Shown piece by piece: positions 51,249-60,974 of a DNA stretch of 64,000 nt. The DNA is from Acidimicrobiia bacterium (GTDB lineage: Bacteria; Actinomycetota; Acidimicrobiia; Spongiisociales; UBA11373). The notes under the pieces were generated by a model. The model made no database searches and was not told the DNA's origin. It was given only the letters and a program-made list of their open reading frames with translations. The position numbers were made by a program, and so were the translations under genes. Position 1 is the first letter of the stretch, and the number at the start of each line of letters is the position of its first letter. The stretch lies in the NCBI GenBank assembly GCA_041572755.1, contig JBFFRY010000007.1, positions 29,928-93,927 of the forward strand, written 5' to 3'.

Positions 51249-51779
51249 ATGACCGTTGAGCGCCCCAAGCTCCGCAAGTACGCCTACACGGGCGATCAGC
51301 TCACCGAGCCTCCACCCGAGGAGCTCGCCGCCATCCTCGAAGCCCATGTGGGAGAGCCGGATGCGCTCATCACGGTGCTCGAAGAGGTGCAGCGCCGTTT
51401 CGATTTCCTCGGCGAACAGCAACTTCGGTACGTTGCCCAAGGACTCGGGTTTCCGCTCGCCCGGGTGTTCGGCGTCGCCACGTTCTACAACCTCTTCCGC
51501 TTCGACCCGCCGGGCAAGCACCAGGTCAGGGTGTGCCGGGGCACGGCCTGCCACGTGAACGGCTCGGCGCTCATCCTCCACTACCTCGAGGACGAGCTGG
51601 GGATCGGGGTGGACGAGACCACCGCCGACGGTCTCTTCACGCTGCAGATGGTGGCGTGCGTCGGCGCCTGCAGTCTCGCCGCCGTGGTGGTGATCGGTGA
51701 ACAGACCCACGGGCGGATGACACCCGATGGCACCGTTGAGATCGTCGGGGAGCTCGCCGCAGCGGAGGAGTCGGCATGA
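51249..51779 (+). CDS. NuoE-like [2Fe-2S] subunit of NAD-dependent formate dehydrogenase (alternative start 51186)
   Basis: ...CRGTACHVNGSALILHYLEDELGI...MVACVGACSLAAVVVIGE... Confidence 0.8.
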   Translation: MTVERPKLRKYAYTGDQLTEPPPEELAAILEAHVGEPDALITVLEEVQRRFDFLGEQQLRYVAQGLGFPLARVFGVATFYNLFRFDPPGKHQVRVCRGTACHVNGSALILHYLEDELGIGVDETTADGLFTLQMVACVGACSLAAVVVIGEQTHGRMTPDGTVEIVGELAAAEESA

Positions 51780-53362
51780 CGGCGACGCTGCGGGTGGGGA
51801 TGTCCACGTGCGGGCTGGCGGCGGGGGCTGAGGCGGTCTACGACGCGTTGAGCGCCGAAGCGGACGGGCTCGCCATCGGCCGGACCGGGTGTCTCGGCGC
51901 CTGCCACTGGGAGCCGTTGGTCGAGGTGGCCGATGGCTCCCACAGCGTGCTGTATGGACCGGTGTCGGCCGACCAGGCGCCCGCCCTGCTCGCCCATGCG
52001 CGCGGCCTCGCCGGGGGGGCCCTTCCCGAGGTGGTCAGCAGTGAACCGGACCGGTCGGACTATCCGTATCTGGGACGCCAGGTCAAGGTGACCACCCAGC
52101 TGTGCGGCGTGATCAACCCGTATTCCCTCGACGACTACCTGGCCCACGGCGGGTACGAGGCGCTGCGGCAGGCGCTGGCGGTGCCGCCGGGTGAGGTGAT
52201 CGAGGCGATCAAGGCGTCCCGGCTGCGGGGCAGGGGCGGGGCCGGGTTTCCCACCGGTGTGAAGTGGGGGATCAGCCGCGACCAGGGTGGCGGGCCCAAG
52301 TTCGTCATCTGCAACGCCGACGAGGGTGACCCCGGCGCCTTCATGGACCGGACCATGATCGAAGGTGATCCCCATCGGGTCCTCGAAGGCATGCTCATCG
52401 CCGCCCATGCCATCGGTGCCACCAAGGGCTACATCTACATCCGGGCCGAGTACCCCCTGGCCGTGGAGCGTCTTGCGATGGCGATCGAACAGGCCCGCGA
52501 GTACGGGGCCGCCGGCGACGACGTGCTGGGGAGCGGCATGCCGTTCGATTTCGTGATCAAGGAGGGCGCCGGTGCCTTCGTGTGCGGCGAGGAGACGGCC
52601 CTGATGCGTTCCATCGAGGGATACCGGGGCATGCCCACCATGCGCCCCCCATACCCCTCCGAGCAGGGCCTGTGGGGCTGCCCCACCAACATCAACAACG
52701 TCGAGACCTACGCCAGCGTCCCGAGCATCATCCTGGAGGGACCCGACTGGTTTGCCGGCATGGGCACCGATCGCAGCGGGGGGACCAAGGCTTTCGCCCT
52801 CGCCGGAGCCATCGAGAAGTCGGGTCTCGTGGAGATCCCGATCGGGATGACGTTGCGGCAGATGATCTACGACATCGGAGGCGGGTGCCGCGAGGGGCGG
52901 GCCTTCAAGGCCGTGCAGTTGGGTGGCCCGTCGGGCGGGTGCATCCCCGCCGAGCTGCTCGACACCCGGATCGACTACGAGGACCTCAAGGAGACCGGAG
53001 CGATCATGGGCTCCGGCGGGATGATCGTGGCCGACGAGACCACCTGCATGGTGGACATCGCCCGCTACTTCCTCACCTTCACCCAGGACGAGTCGTGCGG
53101 CAAGTGCGTCCCGTGCCGGGTGGGCACCCGCAAGATGCTCAACGTCCTCACCGCCGCCACCGAGGGGAGAGCCACCAACGCCGACCTGGATCGGCTCCGA
53201 GGCCTGTGTGACACGGTGCACCGCACCTCGCTGTGCGGGCTCGGCCAGACGGCCCCCAACCCGGTGCTCACGACGATGCGCTATTTCCCTGAGGAGTACG
53301 AGGCTCACGTCCGTGACGGGGAGTGCCCGGCCGGGGTCTGCGGGATGGAGGGAGGATCGTGA
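51776..53362 (+). CDS. NuoF-like NAD(H)/FMN/[4Fe-4S] subunit of formate dehydrogenase
   Basis: ...GRGGAGFPTGVKW...ESCGKCVPCRVGT... Confidence 0.85.
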   Translation: MTATLRVGMSTCGLAAGAEAVYDALSAEADGLAIGRTGCLGACHWEPLVEVADGSHSVLYGPVSADQAPALLAHARGLAGGALPEVVSSEPDRSDYPYLGRQVKVTTQLCGVINPYSLDDYLAHGGYEALRQALAVPPGEVIEAIKASRLRGRGGAGFPTGVKWGISRDQGGGPKFVICNADEGDPGAFMDRTMIEGDPHRVLEGMLIAAHAIGATKGYIYIRAEYPLAVERLAMAIEQAREYGAAGDDVLGSGMPFDFVIKEGAGAFVCGEETALMRSIEGYRGMPTMRPPYPSEQGLWGCPTNINNVETYASVPSIILEGPDWFAGMGTDRSGGTKAFALAGAIEKSGLVEIPIGMTLRQMIYDIGGGCREGRAFKAVQLGGPSGGCIPAELLDTRIDYEDLKETGAIMGSGGMIVADETTCMVDIARYFLTFTQDESCGKCVPCRVGTRKMLNVLTAATEGRATNADLDRLRGLCDTVHRTSLCGLGQTAPNPVLTTMRYFPEEYEAHVRDGECPAGVCGMEGGS

Positions 53363-56220
53363 GCGTCATCACCATCGACGGCCGGGAGTTTGCCTTCGGG
53401 GACGGTGCCACGGTCATGGAGGTGGCGCTCGCCAACGACATCGACGTCCCCCGCCTCTGCTATCACCCCGAGCTGACACCCTCCGGTGGGTGCCGGCTGT
53501 GTGTGGTCGAGGTCGACGGCCGGCCCAATCCGGTCCCGGCCTGCGGGCTGGCGTGCGAGGACGGCATGGTGGTCGCCACCGCCACCGAGGCGCTCACCGC
53601 GATGCGCCACGACATCCTCGATCTCTTCATCTCCGAACACCCGCTCCTCTGCGACACCTGTGACGCCAACGGCGCCTGCGATCTGCAGCGACTCGCCGGT
53701 CGCTTCGGGATCACCGAGACCAGCTTCGACACCGAGACGACCCGGACGCTCCTCCAGGACGACAACGCCTTCTTCGTGAGGGATCACCAGTACTGCATCC
53801 TGTGCGGCAAGTGCGTACGCGTCTGCAGTGAGGTCGTGGGCCGCAACGCCATCGACTACGCCGGCCGGGGGTTCGACAGCCACATCGCCACACCGTTCGA
53901 CGGGATCATGGTCGACTCCTCGTGCGTCTTCTGCAGTTCCTGCGTCCAGGTGTGCCCCACGGCCGCCCTCCTCCCCAAGCCCCGGTTGGCGGTGGGCCGC
54001 TCGTGGTCGGTCACTCCGAAGCGCACGGTGTGCGGGTACTGCGGGGTGGGGTGCAGCATCGAGTACCTCGTCGACGGTGACGGCGCCATCGTCGATGCCC
54101 AGGGGTTCCCGGAGGCCCCGGTGAACGGAGAGTTCCTGTGTGTGAAGGGCCGCTCCGGGTGGGATTTCGTGTCGAGCCCGGAACGACTCGACCGGCCGCT
54201 GATCCGGCGTGACGTGGCCCACGAACTGGGTCTCAGCGACGAGCCGTGGGAGATGCCCGACACCAGTCCGCTCCGGGCCCGCAAGACCGACTACTTCGTG
54301 CCGGTGGATTGGGACACCGCCCTCGATCTGGTGGCCGATCGCCTGGCAGAGACGGTGCGGGCGCACGGTCCCGATGCGGTGGCCGGTCTGGCCTCGGCCC
54401 GCTGCACCAATGAGGAGAACTACGTCTTTCAGAAGTTCATGCGGGCCGGGATCGGCACCAACAACGTCGACCATTGCGCCCGCCTGTGCCACGCCAGCAC
54501 GGTCACCGGACTGGGGACCGCCTTCGGCAGCGGTGCCATGACCAACTCGATCCGGGGGATCCGCGACACCGACTGCATCCTCATCACCGGCTCCAACACT
54601 TCCGAGGCCCATCCGGTCATCTCCTACGAGGTGGTCCGGGCCGTGAACGGCGGGGCTTCGCTGGTGGTGATCGATCCGAGGCGCATCCCGATCACCGATC
54701 ACGCGACCCTGTTCCTGCAGCCCAAGCCGGGGGCCGACATCTTCGTCTTCCTGGCGATGATGCACGTGATCGTCCGCGAGGGATGGGCCGACATGGGCTT
54801 CATCGAGGAGCGGACCGAGGGCTACGACGAACTGGCGGCCGCCGTCGCCGAGTACACCCCCGAAGCCGCCGCCCTGGCCTCCGGGGTCCCCGCCGATCTC
54901 ATCGAGCAGGCCGCCCGGCTCTATGCCTGGGGGCGCCGCGGTGAGATGTTCGGCGGCGGCAACGGGTCGGCTCCGGAGCGGGGCCGATCGTCGATCCTCT
55001 ATGCGATGGGTATCACTCAGCGCAGCAACGGCACGGAACTGGTCCTGGCGCTCGCCGACCTGGCGATGCTGTGCGGCCACCTCGGCAAGCCGTCCACCGG
55101 TGTCAACCCGCTGCGCGGCCAGGCCAACGTGCAGGGGGCGTGCGATCTCGGCGGCCTCCCCAACGTGCTGCCGGGGTATCAGAAGGTCGACGACCCGGAG
55201 CGTCGCGAGGCGATGGCGAAGGCGTGGGGCTGTGGGCCTCTCCCGGAGAGACCGGGGCTCACCATCGTCGAGATGATGCAGGCCGCCGAGGCCGGCGAGG
55301 TGAAAGCGATGTACGTGATGGGGGAGAACCCGATGCTCTCCGATCCGAACCTGGCGCACGTCGAGGCGTCGCTGCGGTCGCTCGACTTCCTGGTGTGCCA
55401 GGACATCTTCCTCTCCGAGACCGCCCAGCTGGCCCATGTGGTGCTCCCGGCGGCGGTCTCACTCGAGAAGGACGGCACGTTCACCAATACCGAGCGTCGG
55501 GTGCAGATGCTGTACCCGGTGGTAGCGCCGCCGGGCGAGGCCCGTCCCGATTGGGAGATCACCCAGGATCTCGCTCGCCGGGTCGACGAACGTCTGGAAC
55601 GGGCCGACAACGGTCTCTGGCGCCGGGGGTCGACGGCCGAGATCATGGACGAGATCGCTGCGGCCACCCCCAGCTACGGGGGCATGAGCCACGCACGGCT
55701 GGCGGGCGAAGGGCTGGTGTGGCCGTGCCCCACACCCGATCACCCGGGCACCCCGGTGCTCCACACCGAGAGGTTCACCCGTGGCCTCGGCAAGTTCCAT
55801 GCCGTCGCGGCCCGGCTTCCCGCCGAGCAGCCCGACGACGAGTACCCGCTGGTGCTGAGCACCGGACGGATCCTGTACCACTATCACACCGGGACGATGA
55901 CCCGCCGCAGCGAGGGACTCACGTGGCGGGAACCGCGCGCCTACGCCGAGGTCAACGCCGTCGACGCCGAGGCCGCCGGGATCGGTGACGGGCGGCCGGT
56001 GCTCATCCAGAGTCGCCGGGGGGAGGTCCGGACGCAGGCGAGGGTGAGCGACCGGGTGCCGCCCGGGGTGGTGTTCCTGGCGTTCCACTGGAAGGAAGCA
56101 CCGGCCAACCTGCTCACCCAGGACTTTGCGCTCGATCCGCAGGCCAAGATCCCCGAGTTCAAGGTGTCGGCGGTGCGGATCTCCAAGCCGCCGGTCAGAC
56201 GGGGTGCGGCCGAGGAGTAG
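53359..56220 (+). CDS. fdhA: NAD-dependent formate dehydrogenase alpha subunit, full-length (NuoG-like FeS N-terminus + Mo-bisPGD catalytic domain), Cys-type
   Basis: GTG start with GTGA overlap on the nuoF-like stop. ...CGYCGVGCSIEY...NNVDHCARLCHASTV... Confidence 0.9.
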   Translation: MSVITIDGREFAFGDGATVMEVALANDIDVPRLCYHPELTPSGGCRLCVVEVDGRPNPVPACGLACEDGMVVATATEALTAMRHDILDLFISEHPLLCDTCDANGACDLQRLAGRFGITETSFDTETTRTLLQDDNAFFVRDHQYCILCGKCVRVCSEVVGRNAIDYAGRGFDSHIATPFDGIMVDSSCVFCSSCVQVCPTAALLPKPRLAVGRSWSVTPKRTVCGYCGVGCSIEYLVDGDGAIVDAQGFPEAPVNGEFLCVKGRSGWDFVSSPERLDRPLIRRDVAHELGLSDEPWEMPDTSPLRARKTDYFVPVDWDTALDLVADRLAETVRAHGPDAVAGLASARCTNEENYVFQKFMRAGIGTNNVDHCARLCHASTVTGLGTAFGSGAMTNSIRGIRDTDCILITGSNTSEAHPVISYEVVRAVNGGASLVVIDPRRIPITDHATLFLQPKPGADIFVFLAMMHVIVREGWADMGFIEERTEGYDELAAAVAEYTPEAAALASGVPADLIEQAARLYAWGRRGEMFGGGNGSAPERGRSSILYAMGITQRSNGTELVLALADLAMLCGHLGKPSTGVNPLRGQANVQGACDLGGLPNVLPGYQKVDDPERREAMAKAWGCGPLPERPGLTIVEMMQAAEAGEVKAMYVMGENPMLSDPNLAHVEASLRSLDFLVCQDIFLSETAQLAHVVLPAAVSLEKDGTFTNTERRVQMLYPVVAPPGEARPDWEITQDLARRVDERLERADNGLWRRGSTAEIMDEIAAATPSYGGMSHARLAGEGLVWPCPTPDHPGTPVLHTERFTRGLGKFHAVAARLPAEQPDDEYPLVLSTGRILYHYHTGTMTRRSEGLTWREPRAYAEVNAVDAEAAGIGDGRPVLIQSRRGEVRTQARVSDRVPPGVVFLAFHWKEAPANLLTQDFALDPQAKIPEFKVSAVRISKPPVRRGAAEE

Positions 56221-56242
56221 CCGAAGCACCTAGCCTGAGATC

Positions 56243-57193
56243 GTGGTGCCCCATCCCACGCTCGCCGACGTCGAGGCCGCCCGAGCCCGGATCGCCACCA
56301 TGGTGCGTCGCACCCCTCTCGTGCCGACCGCCACCGTGGAAGCACCGGTGCTGCTCAAGTTGGAGAGCCTGCAGGAGACCGGTTCGTTCAAGCTGCGGGG
56401 GGCTACGAACCGGCTGCTGACCCTCGACGACGAGCAGCGGGGCCGGGGCGTGGTGGCCGTCTCCAGCGGCAACCACGGGAGAGCCGTCGCCAAGGTCGCC
56501 GGAGACCTCGGGGTCGAGGCCACCATCTGTCTCTCGGATCGGGTTCCCGGCAACAAGCGGGAGGCCATCGAGGCCCTCGGCGCTCAAGTCGTGGTGGCCG
56601 GACCCACCCAGGACGACGCCGACACCGAGGCTCGCCGGCTGGTCGCCGAGCACGGCCTCACCTTCGTGCACCCCTTCGACGATCCGATGGTGATCGCCGG
56701 CCAGGGAACGGTCGGGCTGGAGATCCTCGACGACGCCCCGGAGACGGACACGGTCATCGTGCCACTCTCGGGTGGCGGTCTCATCGGGGGGATCGCCGCG
56801 GCCCTCAAGGGAGCCGATTCGTCGATCCGGGTGATCGGCGTCAGCCAGGACCGGGGTCCGGCGATGTACCTGAGCCTGCGGGCCGGGCACCTCGTCGATG
56901 TCGAGGAGGAGGACACGCTGGCCGATGCGCTCGCCGGGGGGCTCGGCCCGGAGAACCATCATTCCTTCGAGATGTGCCGGGATCTCGTGGATGAGACCTT
57001 GCTGGTCACCGAGGAGGAGATCGCCGCCGCCATGGCGGCCTTGTTCCGACGGGACCGCCTCATGGTGGAGGGGGGCGGGGCGGTGGGTGTCGCCGCACTG
57101 CTCGCCGGGAAGGTCGCGTCGACCGCCTCCACCGTCGTGGTGATCAGTGGGGGGAATGTGGCGCATCAGACCCTGGAGGCGGTGCTGCGATGA
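56243..57193 (+). CDS. PLP-dependent threonine/serine dehydratase-family enzyme (fold type II)
   Basis: ...SLQETGSFKLRGATN...VSSGNHGRAVA... Confidence 0.7.
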   Translation: MVPHPTLADVEAARARIATMVRRTPLVPTATVEAPVLLKLESLQETGSFKLRGATNRLLTLDDEQRGRGVVAVSSGNHGRAVAKVAGDLGVEATICLSDRVPGNKREAIEALGAQVVVAGPTQDDADTEARRLVAEHGLTFVHPFDDPMVIAGQGTVGLEILDDAPETDTVIVPLSGGGLIGGIAAALKGADSSIRVIGVSQDRGPAMYLSLRAGHLVDVEEEDTLADALAGGLGPENHHSFEMCRDLVDETLLVTEEEIAAAMAALFRRDRLMVEGGGAVGVAALLAGKVASTASTVVVISGGNVAHQTLEAVLR

Positions 57194-58140
57194 CCCGAGT
57201 CGTGGGCCTGGAGGAGATCCGGGACTCGATCGACCCGGCGGCGGTGATCGACGCGGTCGCCGAGGGGTTCCGCCTGTACAGCGAGGGTTTGGTGGAGGCT
57301 CCGCCGGTGGGCCTGCTGCATTTCGAGGACCCGCCCGGCGACGTGCACATCAAGTACGGCTACCTGCACGGCGACGGCGTCTACGTGGTGAAGATCGCCT
57401 CCGGCTTCTACGGCAACGTCGACCGGGGGCTCCCGGTGAGTGACGGGAGCATGATCCTCTACGACCGTCACACCGGGGTGATGCTGGCGATCTTCCTGGA
57501 TCGGGGTTGGCTCACCGAGCTGCGCACCGGGGCGGCGGGGGCGGTGGCGGCCCGACTTCTCGGCCCCGAGCAACCGGAGAGAATCGGGGTGGTGGGCACC
57601 GGGGTGCAGGCTCGCTTCCAGCTGCGGGCATTGGGTCACGTCACCGCCCAGCGGTCGGTGCTGGCCTGGGGCCGCAATCCCGAGCGCCTGGCGGCCTATC
57701 GGGAGGAGATGAACGCCGAGGGGTGGGAGGTGGAGGCCGCCGGGGATCTGGCCGAGATCCCGGCATCCTGTGACCTGATCGTCACGGTGACTCCGGCCCG
57801 GGAGCCGCTGCTGGTGGCCGCCCAGATTCGACCGGGGACCCACATCACCGCGGTGGGGTCGGACAACGTCGGCAAGCAGGAACTCGACCCGGCCATTCTG
57901 GGGATCGCCGATCGGGTGGTGGCCGACTCGATCAGTCAGGCCACCCACCACGGCGAGTGCGTGCACGCCGTTGCTGCCGGGCATCTCGACGAGAGCCACA
58001 TCCTCGAGATGGGAACCGTCGTCGCCGATCCCACGCTGGGGCGGACCGCTCCCGATCAGATCACCGTCGCCGACCTCACCGGGGTGGCCGTGCAGGACAT
58101 CCAGGTGGCCAAGATGGCCTGGGCGGCGGTTCGTGGCTGA
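57190..58140 (+). CDS. Ornithine cyclodeaminase / mu-crystallin family protein
   Basis: 316 aa Rossmann-type. ...IGVVGTGVQARFQLRAL... Overlaps the upstream stop. Confidence 0.75.
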   Translation: MTRVVGLEEIRDSIDPAAVIDAVAEGFRLYSEGLVEAPPVGLLHFEDPPGDVHIKYGYLHGDGVYVVKIASGFYGNVDRGLPVSDGSMILYDRHTGVMLAIFLDRGWLTELRTGAAGAVAARLLGPEQPERIGVVGTGVQARFQLRALGHVTAQRSVLAWGRNPERLAAYREEMNAEGWEVEAAGDLAEIPASCDLIVTVTPAREPLLVAAQIRPGTHITAVGSDNVGKQELDPAILGIADRVVADSISQATHHGECVHAVAAGHLDESHILEMGTVVADPTLGRTAPDQITVADLTGVAVQDIQVAKMAWAAVRG

Positions 58141-58229
58141 AGGCCTCCACCGACCCGGGTCGATCGGCCCTAGTGGCCCCGTGGGCAACGAGCGATGATC
58201 GTCGGACGCCGATCGGGAGGTAACCCACC

Positions 58230-58505
58230 ATGGACTATCTGATCCGCAGCCGGGGCGAGGCGCTCCACGTCGACATCCCCCAACCCGGCGAACACCGCAC
58301 CCGGCTGCTGGAGTCCGTGACCCTCTGCTCGCAAGGGAAATGCGAGTGCCCCACCGACGAGTACCGCAAGCTCGCCGCCTTCGAAGTCGAGGACCGCAAC
58401 GGCGCCATCGCACTCGACCTCATGGCACAGGAAGGCGAGCGTCTCGATCCGGTCGAGATCGCCAAGTGCCTCGACTGGACGATCGAGCACATAGAGACCG
58501 CCTGA
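58230..58505 (+). CDS. Small hypothetical protein with CSQGKCEC motif
   Basis: 91 aa. No family recognised. Confidence 0.3.
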   Translation: MDYLIRSRGEALHVDIPQPGEHRTRLLESVTLCSQGKCECPTDEYRKLAAFEVEDRNGAIALDLMAQEGERLDPVEIAKCLDWTIEHIETA

Positions 58506-58762
58506 TCGACGGGGCTCTCCGGTTGGCGGCATCGCCGTCCAATCACATGGCCAACCGCAGCCGATTGGAGTAGTCGAACGAATCGCCAGAGTCGACCCGA
58601 CCTCCTCGAGGCACCGGTCACCGGAACCACGCTGAGGTCGGTGGCCTCGACCATCGCCCGTCGGGGTGGACGGTCGAAACCGTGATGAGGTGCCCCGCCG
58701 CCGGGCACTCGCTCAGGCTGCTCTTCCCCGGGCCGATGATGCCCGGCTCCACGTCGGGTCGC

Positions 58763-59377
58763 TCATAGCTCCACGCCGGCGTCGCCCAGCGAAGTCCGCA
58801 GTCCCTCGGCGTCCCGGAAATGGATGGTCCTGATGCCGGCGGTGACGGCGCACTCCAGGTTGAGTTCCCGGTCGTCGACGAACAGGCATTGCCCGGCCGG
58901 TTGCTGGGTGATGGCGATCGCCATCTCGTAGATCTCCGGTTCCGGTTTGCGAACCCCGAGATAGCAGGAGCTGAGGAACATCGAGAAGTGTTCCCGCAGC
59001 CGGAAGCGGTCGATGCGGTACTCGTTGAGTTCCCGCGACTCGTTGTTGAGGGTGGCCAGCAGGTAGTTCCCGGAGGCGGAGAGGTCCGACAGGACCTCGA
59101 GCGACTCGGGTATCGGCTCGGTCTGCGCCTTCATGAAGTCGGCGAAGTCGGAGCGGTCGAAGGGCCGGGACCGGTAGAAGACGGTGCGCTCGAGATAGGT
59201 GGCGAGATCCAGGGCCCCCGTCTCGAACGGGGCCGACACCTGATCGTGGCGATCCTGGAAGTCCTCCCAGTCGAGGTCGAATCGGTCGGCGGCGGCGCGA
59301 CGCGACTCACGGTCCCATCCGTTGCTGAGCAGCACTCCGCCGACGTCGAAGAAGATCACCGTCACGTCGTTGCTCAT
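58763..59377 (-). CDS. HAD-superfamily hydrolase
   Basis: Track ORF trimmed to MSNDVTVIFFDVGGVLLSNGW... (motif I DxG). Confidence 0.7.
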   Translation of the reverse strand: MSNDVTVIFFDVGGVLLSNGWDRESRRAAADRFDLDWEDFQDRHDQVSAPFETGALDLATYLERTVFYRSRPFDRSDFADFMKAQTEPIPESLEVLSDLSASGNYLLATLNNESRELNEYRIDRFRLREHFSMFLSSCYLGVRKPEPEIYEMAIAITQQPAGQCLFVDDRELNLECAVTAGIRTIHFRDAEGLRTSLGDAGVEL

Positions 59378-59567
59378 CGGTCGACCCTTCCTTCGTGCCG
59401 TCACCGTGGCACAACAGAAAGCCGGCCCGGATGCTTCCCTCGGGGCCGCCGCCGGAGCCGGGCGAGGCTCCTCGTTTTGCGAAACTCGGCCCCCGGTCTC
59501 ACAATCCTCCGGGACATCGTCTCCCAGATTCGGCAACAAGGGGGTTGACATTTCTGATCTCATCTCG

Positions 59568-60146
59568 ATGGTGACGGGGCAACTCGGCGCAGGTGGCCTC
59601 GGCCAGATCGCCGGAATGCTCGGAACCAATGAAGAGGGCGCTTCGAGCGCTCTCACCACCGCCCTCGGCGTCCTCACGGGGGCCCTGGCGCGCAACACTT
59701 CCGAGCCGGAGGGCGCCGCCGCACTCGACGCCGCCCTGGAGAAGGACCACGACGGGGGAATCTTCAACGACCTCGGCGGGTTCCTCGGCAACATCGCTTC
59801 GGGACCCGGTGCCGGGATTCTCGGCCACGTGCTGGGAGGCCAGGAGAAGGCAGTGTCTTCGGAGATCGGCAAGCAGAGCGGGCTCGATGCGTCTCAGGTG
59901 ACCGGCCTCCTCCAGACGGTGGCCCCCCTGTTGATGGGAGCCCTCGGGAAGAAGAAGCGTGAAGAGGGACTGGATGCCGGGGGAGTGGCCGGTCTGCTCG
60001 CCGGGGAGAAGGAGAAGGTCGAGGAGTCGGCGTCCGGTGGCCTCAGCAGCCTGCTCGGCATGATCGATGCCGATTCGGCGATGAGCTTCCTCGGCAAGGC
60101 GGCCGGCATGCTCGGCGGACTGTTCGGGAGGAAGAAGAGCGAGTAG
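59568..60146 (+). CDS. DUF937-like Gly/Ala-rich protein (start uncertain)
   Basis: ...GGLGQIAGMLG...LLGMIDADSAMSFLGKAAGMLGGLFGRKK. Confidence 0.5.
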   Translation: MVTGQLGAGGLGQIAGMLGTNEEGASSALTTALGVLTGALARNTSEPEGAAALDAALEKDHDGGIFNDLGGFLGNIASGPGAGILGHVLGGQEKAVSSEIGKQSGLDASQVTGLLQTVAPLLMGALGKKKREEGLDAGGVAGLLAGEKEKVEESASGGLSSLLGMIDADSAMSFLGKAAGMLGGLFGRKKSE

Positions 60147-60195
60147 TCGCTCTCCCAGGTAGTCGGGCCGGGCCCCATCCTGCCGGGTTGGTGGG

Positions 60196-60570
60196 CTAGG
60201 GGATGACCTCGACGGTGACGAGGTACTCGTCGATCGGGTCGACGCCGTCTTCCCACGGCCTCAAGTAGCCGAGGCGAAGTGGCCCGGTTCCGATTGCGGT
60301 CGGGGCGAACAGGAAGGTCGTGATGCCGCCTGCCCCGACGAGATCGCTCTCAGCCTCGTGACTCTCGGCGCTCAACTCGACGACGTCCGATTCGAGAACG
60401 ACCCACTGGTAGCCGGTGGTGGGGTTGGCCTCCAGGCGGAGTTCGAGGGTCCCGGTTTCGGCGACGGTGACGGTGCCTCCGGCGTCGTCGAGGTCGATCT
60501 CAACCGTTCCGGCATCACCGCCACAGCCGGCCACGATCATCAGCAGGGTGACCAGAGCAACACGGCGCAT
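60196..60570 (-). CDS. Chagasin-family (I42) peptidase-inhibitor lipoprotein
   Basis: MRRVALVTLLMIVAGCGG lipobox. NPTTGYQW motif characteristic of chagasin/ICP inhibitors. Confidence 0.7.
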   Translation of the reverse strand: MRRVALVTLLMIVAGCGGDAGTVEIDLDDAGGTVTVAETGTLELRLEANPTTGYQWVVLESDVVELSAESHEAESDLVGAGGITTFLFAPTAIGTGPLRLGYLRPWEDGVDPIDEYLVTVEVIP

Positions 60571-60974
60571 GGAGCCTCCTTGGTCCCCTCGATCCTGCCA
60601 GTCGGGGGGCGACCCGACCAGGGGCAAGGGTCCCGAAGGGTCGGTTTCGCCCGACCGGTCGGCGGAACTCTCAACGATGGCGAGGCGAACGTCGATCACA
60701 ACAGACCGGCGAGCATACGGAATGAGGCGCCGGTCACTCGGCCATCGCCCGCCTGGTGGAACACGGGCACAAGGTGCGCCGGGGGCAGGCCACGATCCAG
60801 GGGTGCGTTGCAACCTCGTCGTCGTCGTCGGGTAGGGCATCGAGGAAGGCCACCACCTGGGGGTGTCGCAGACGACGTCGGCCTTCCTGTCCCCGGCGAC
60901 GATCTCGCAGAACGCGCCCCCGTCAATGTTGGAGACGCTATCCGTATTCCGAACGCTGCCATACTCTGAGGTCG

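Noticed and set aside
27625-56220. Possible selenocysteine codons in the two formate dehydrogenase alpha subunits
   Set aside because: Both active-site regions read directly as Cys ([12 protein letters not shown] and VDHCARLCHAST) in uninterrupted ORFs, so no in-frame TGA is needed.
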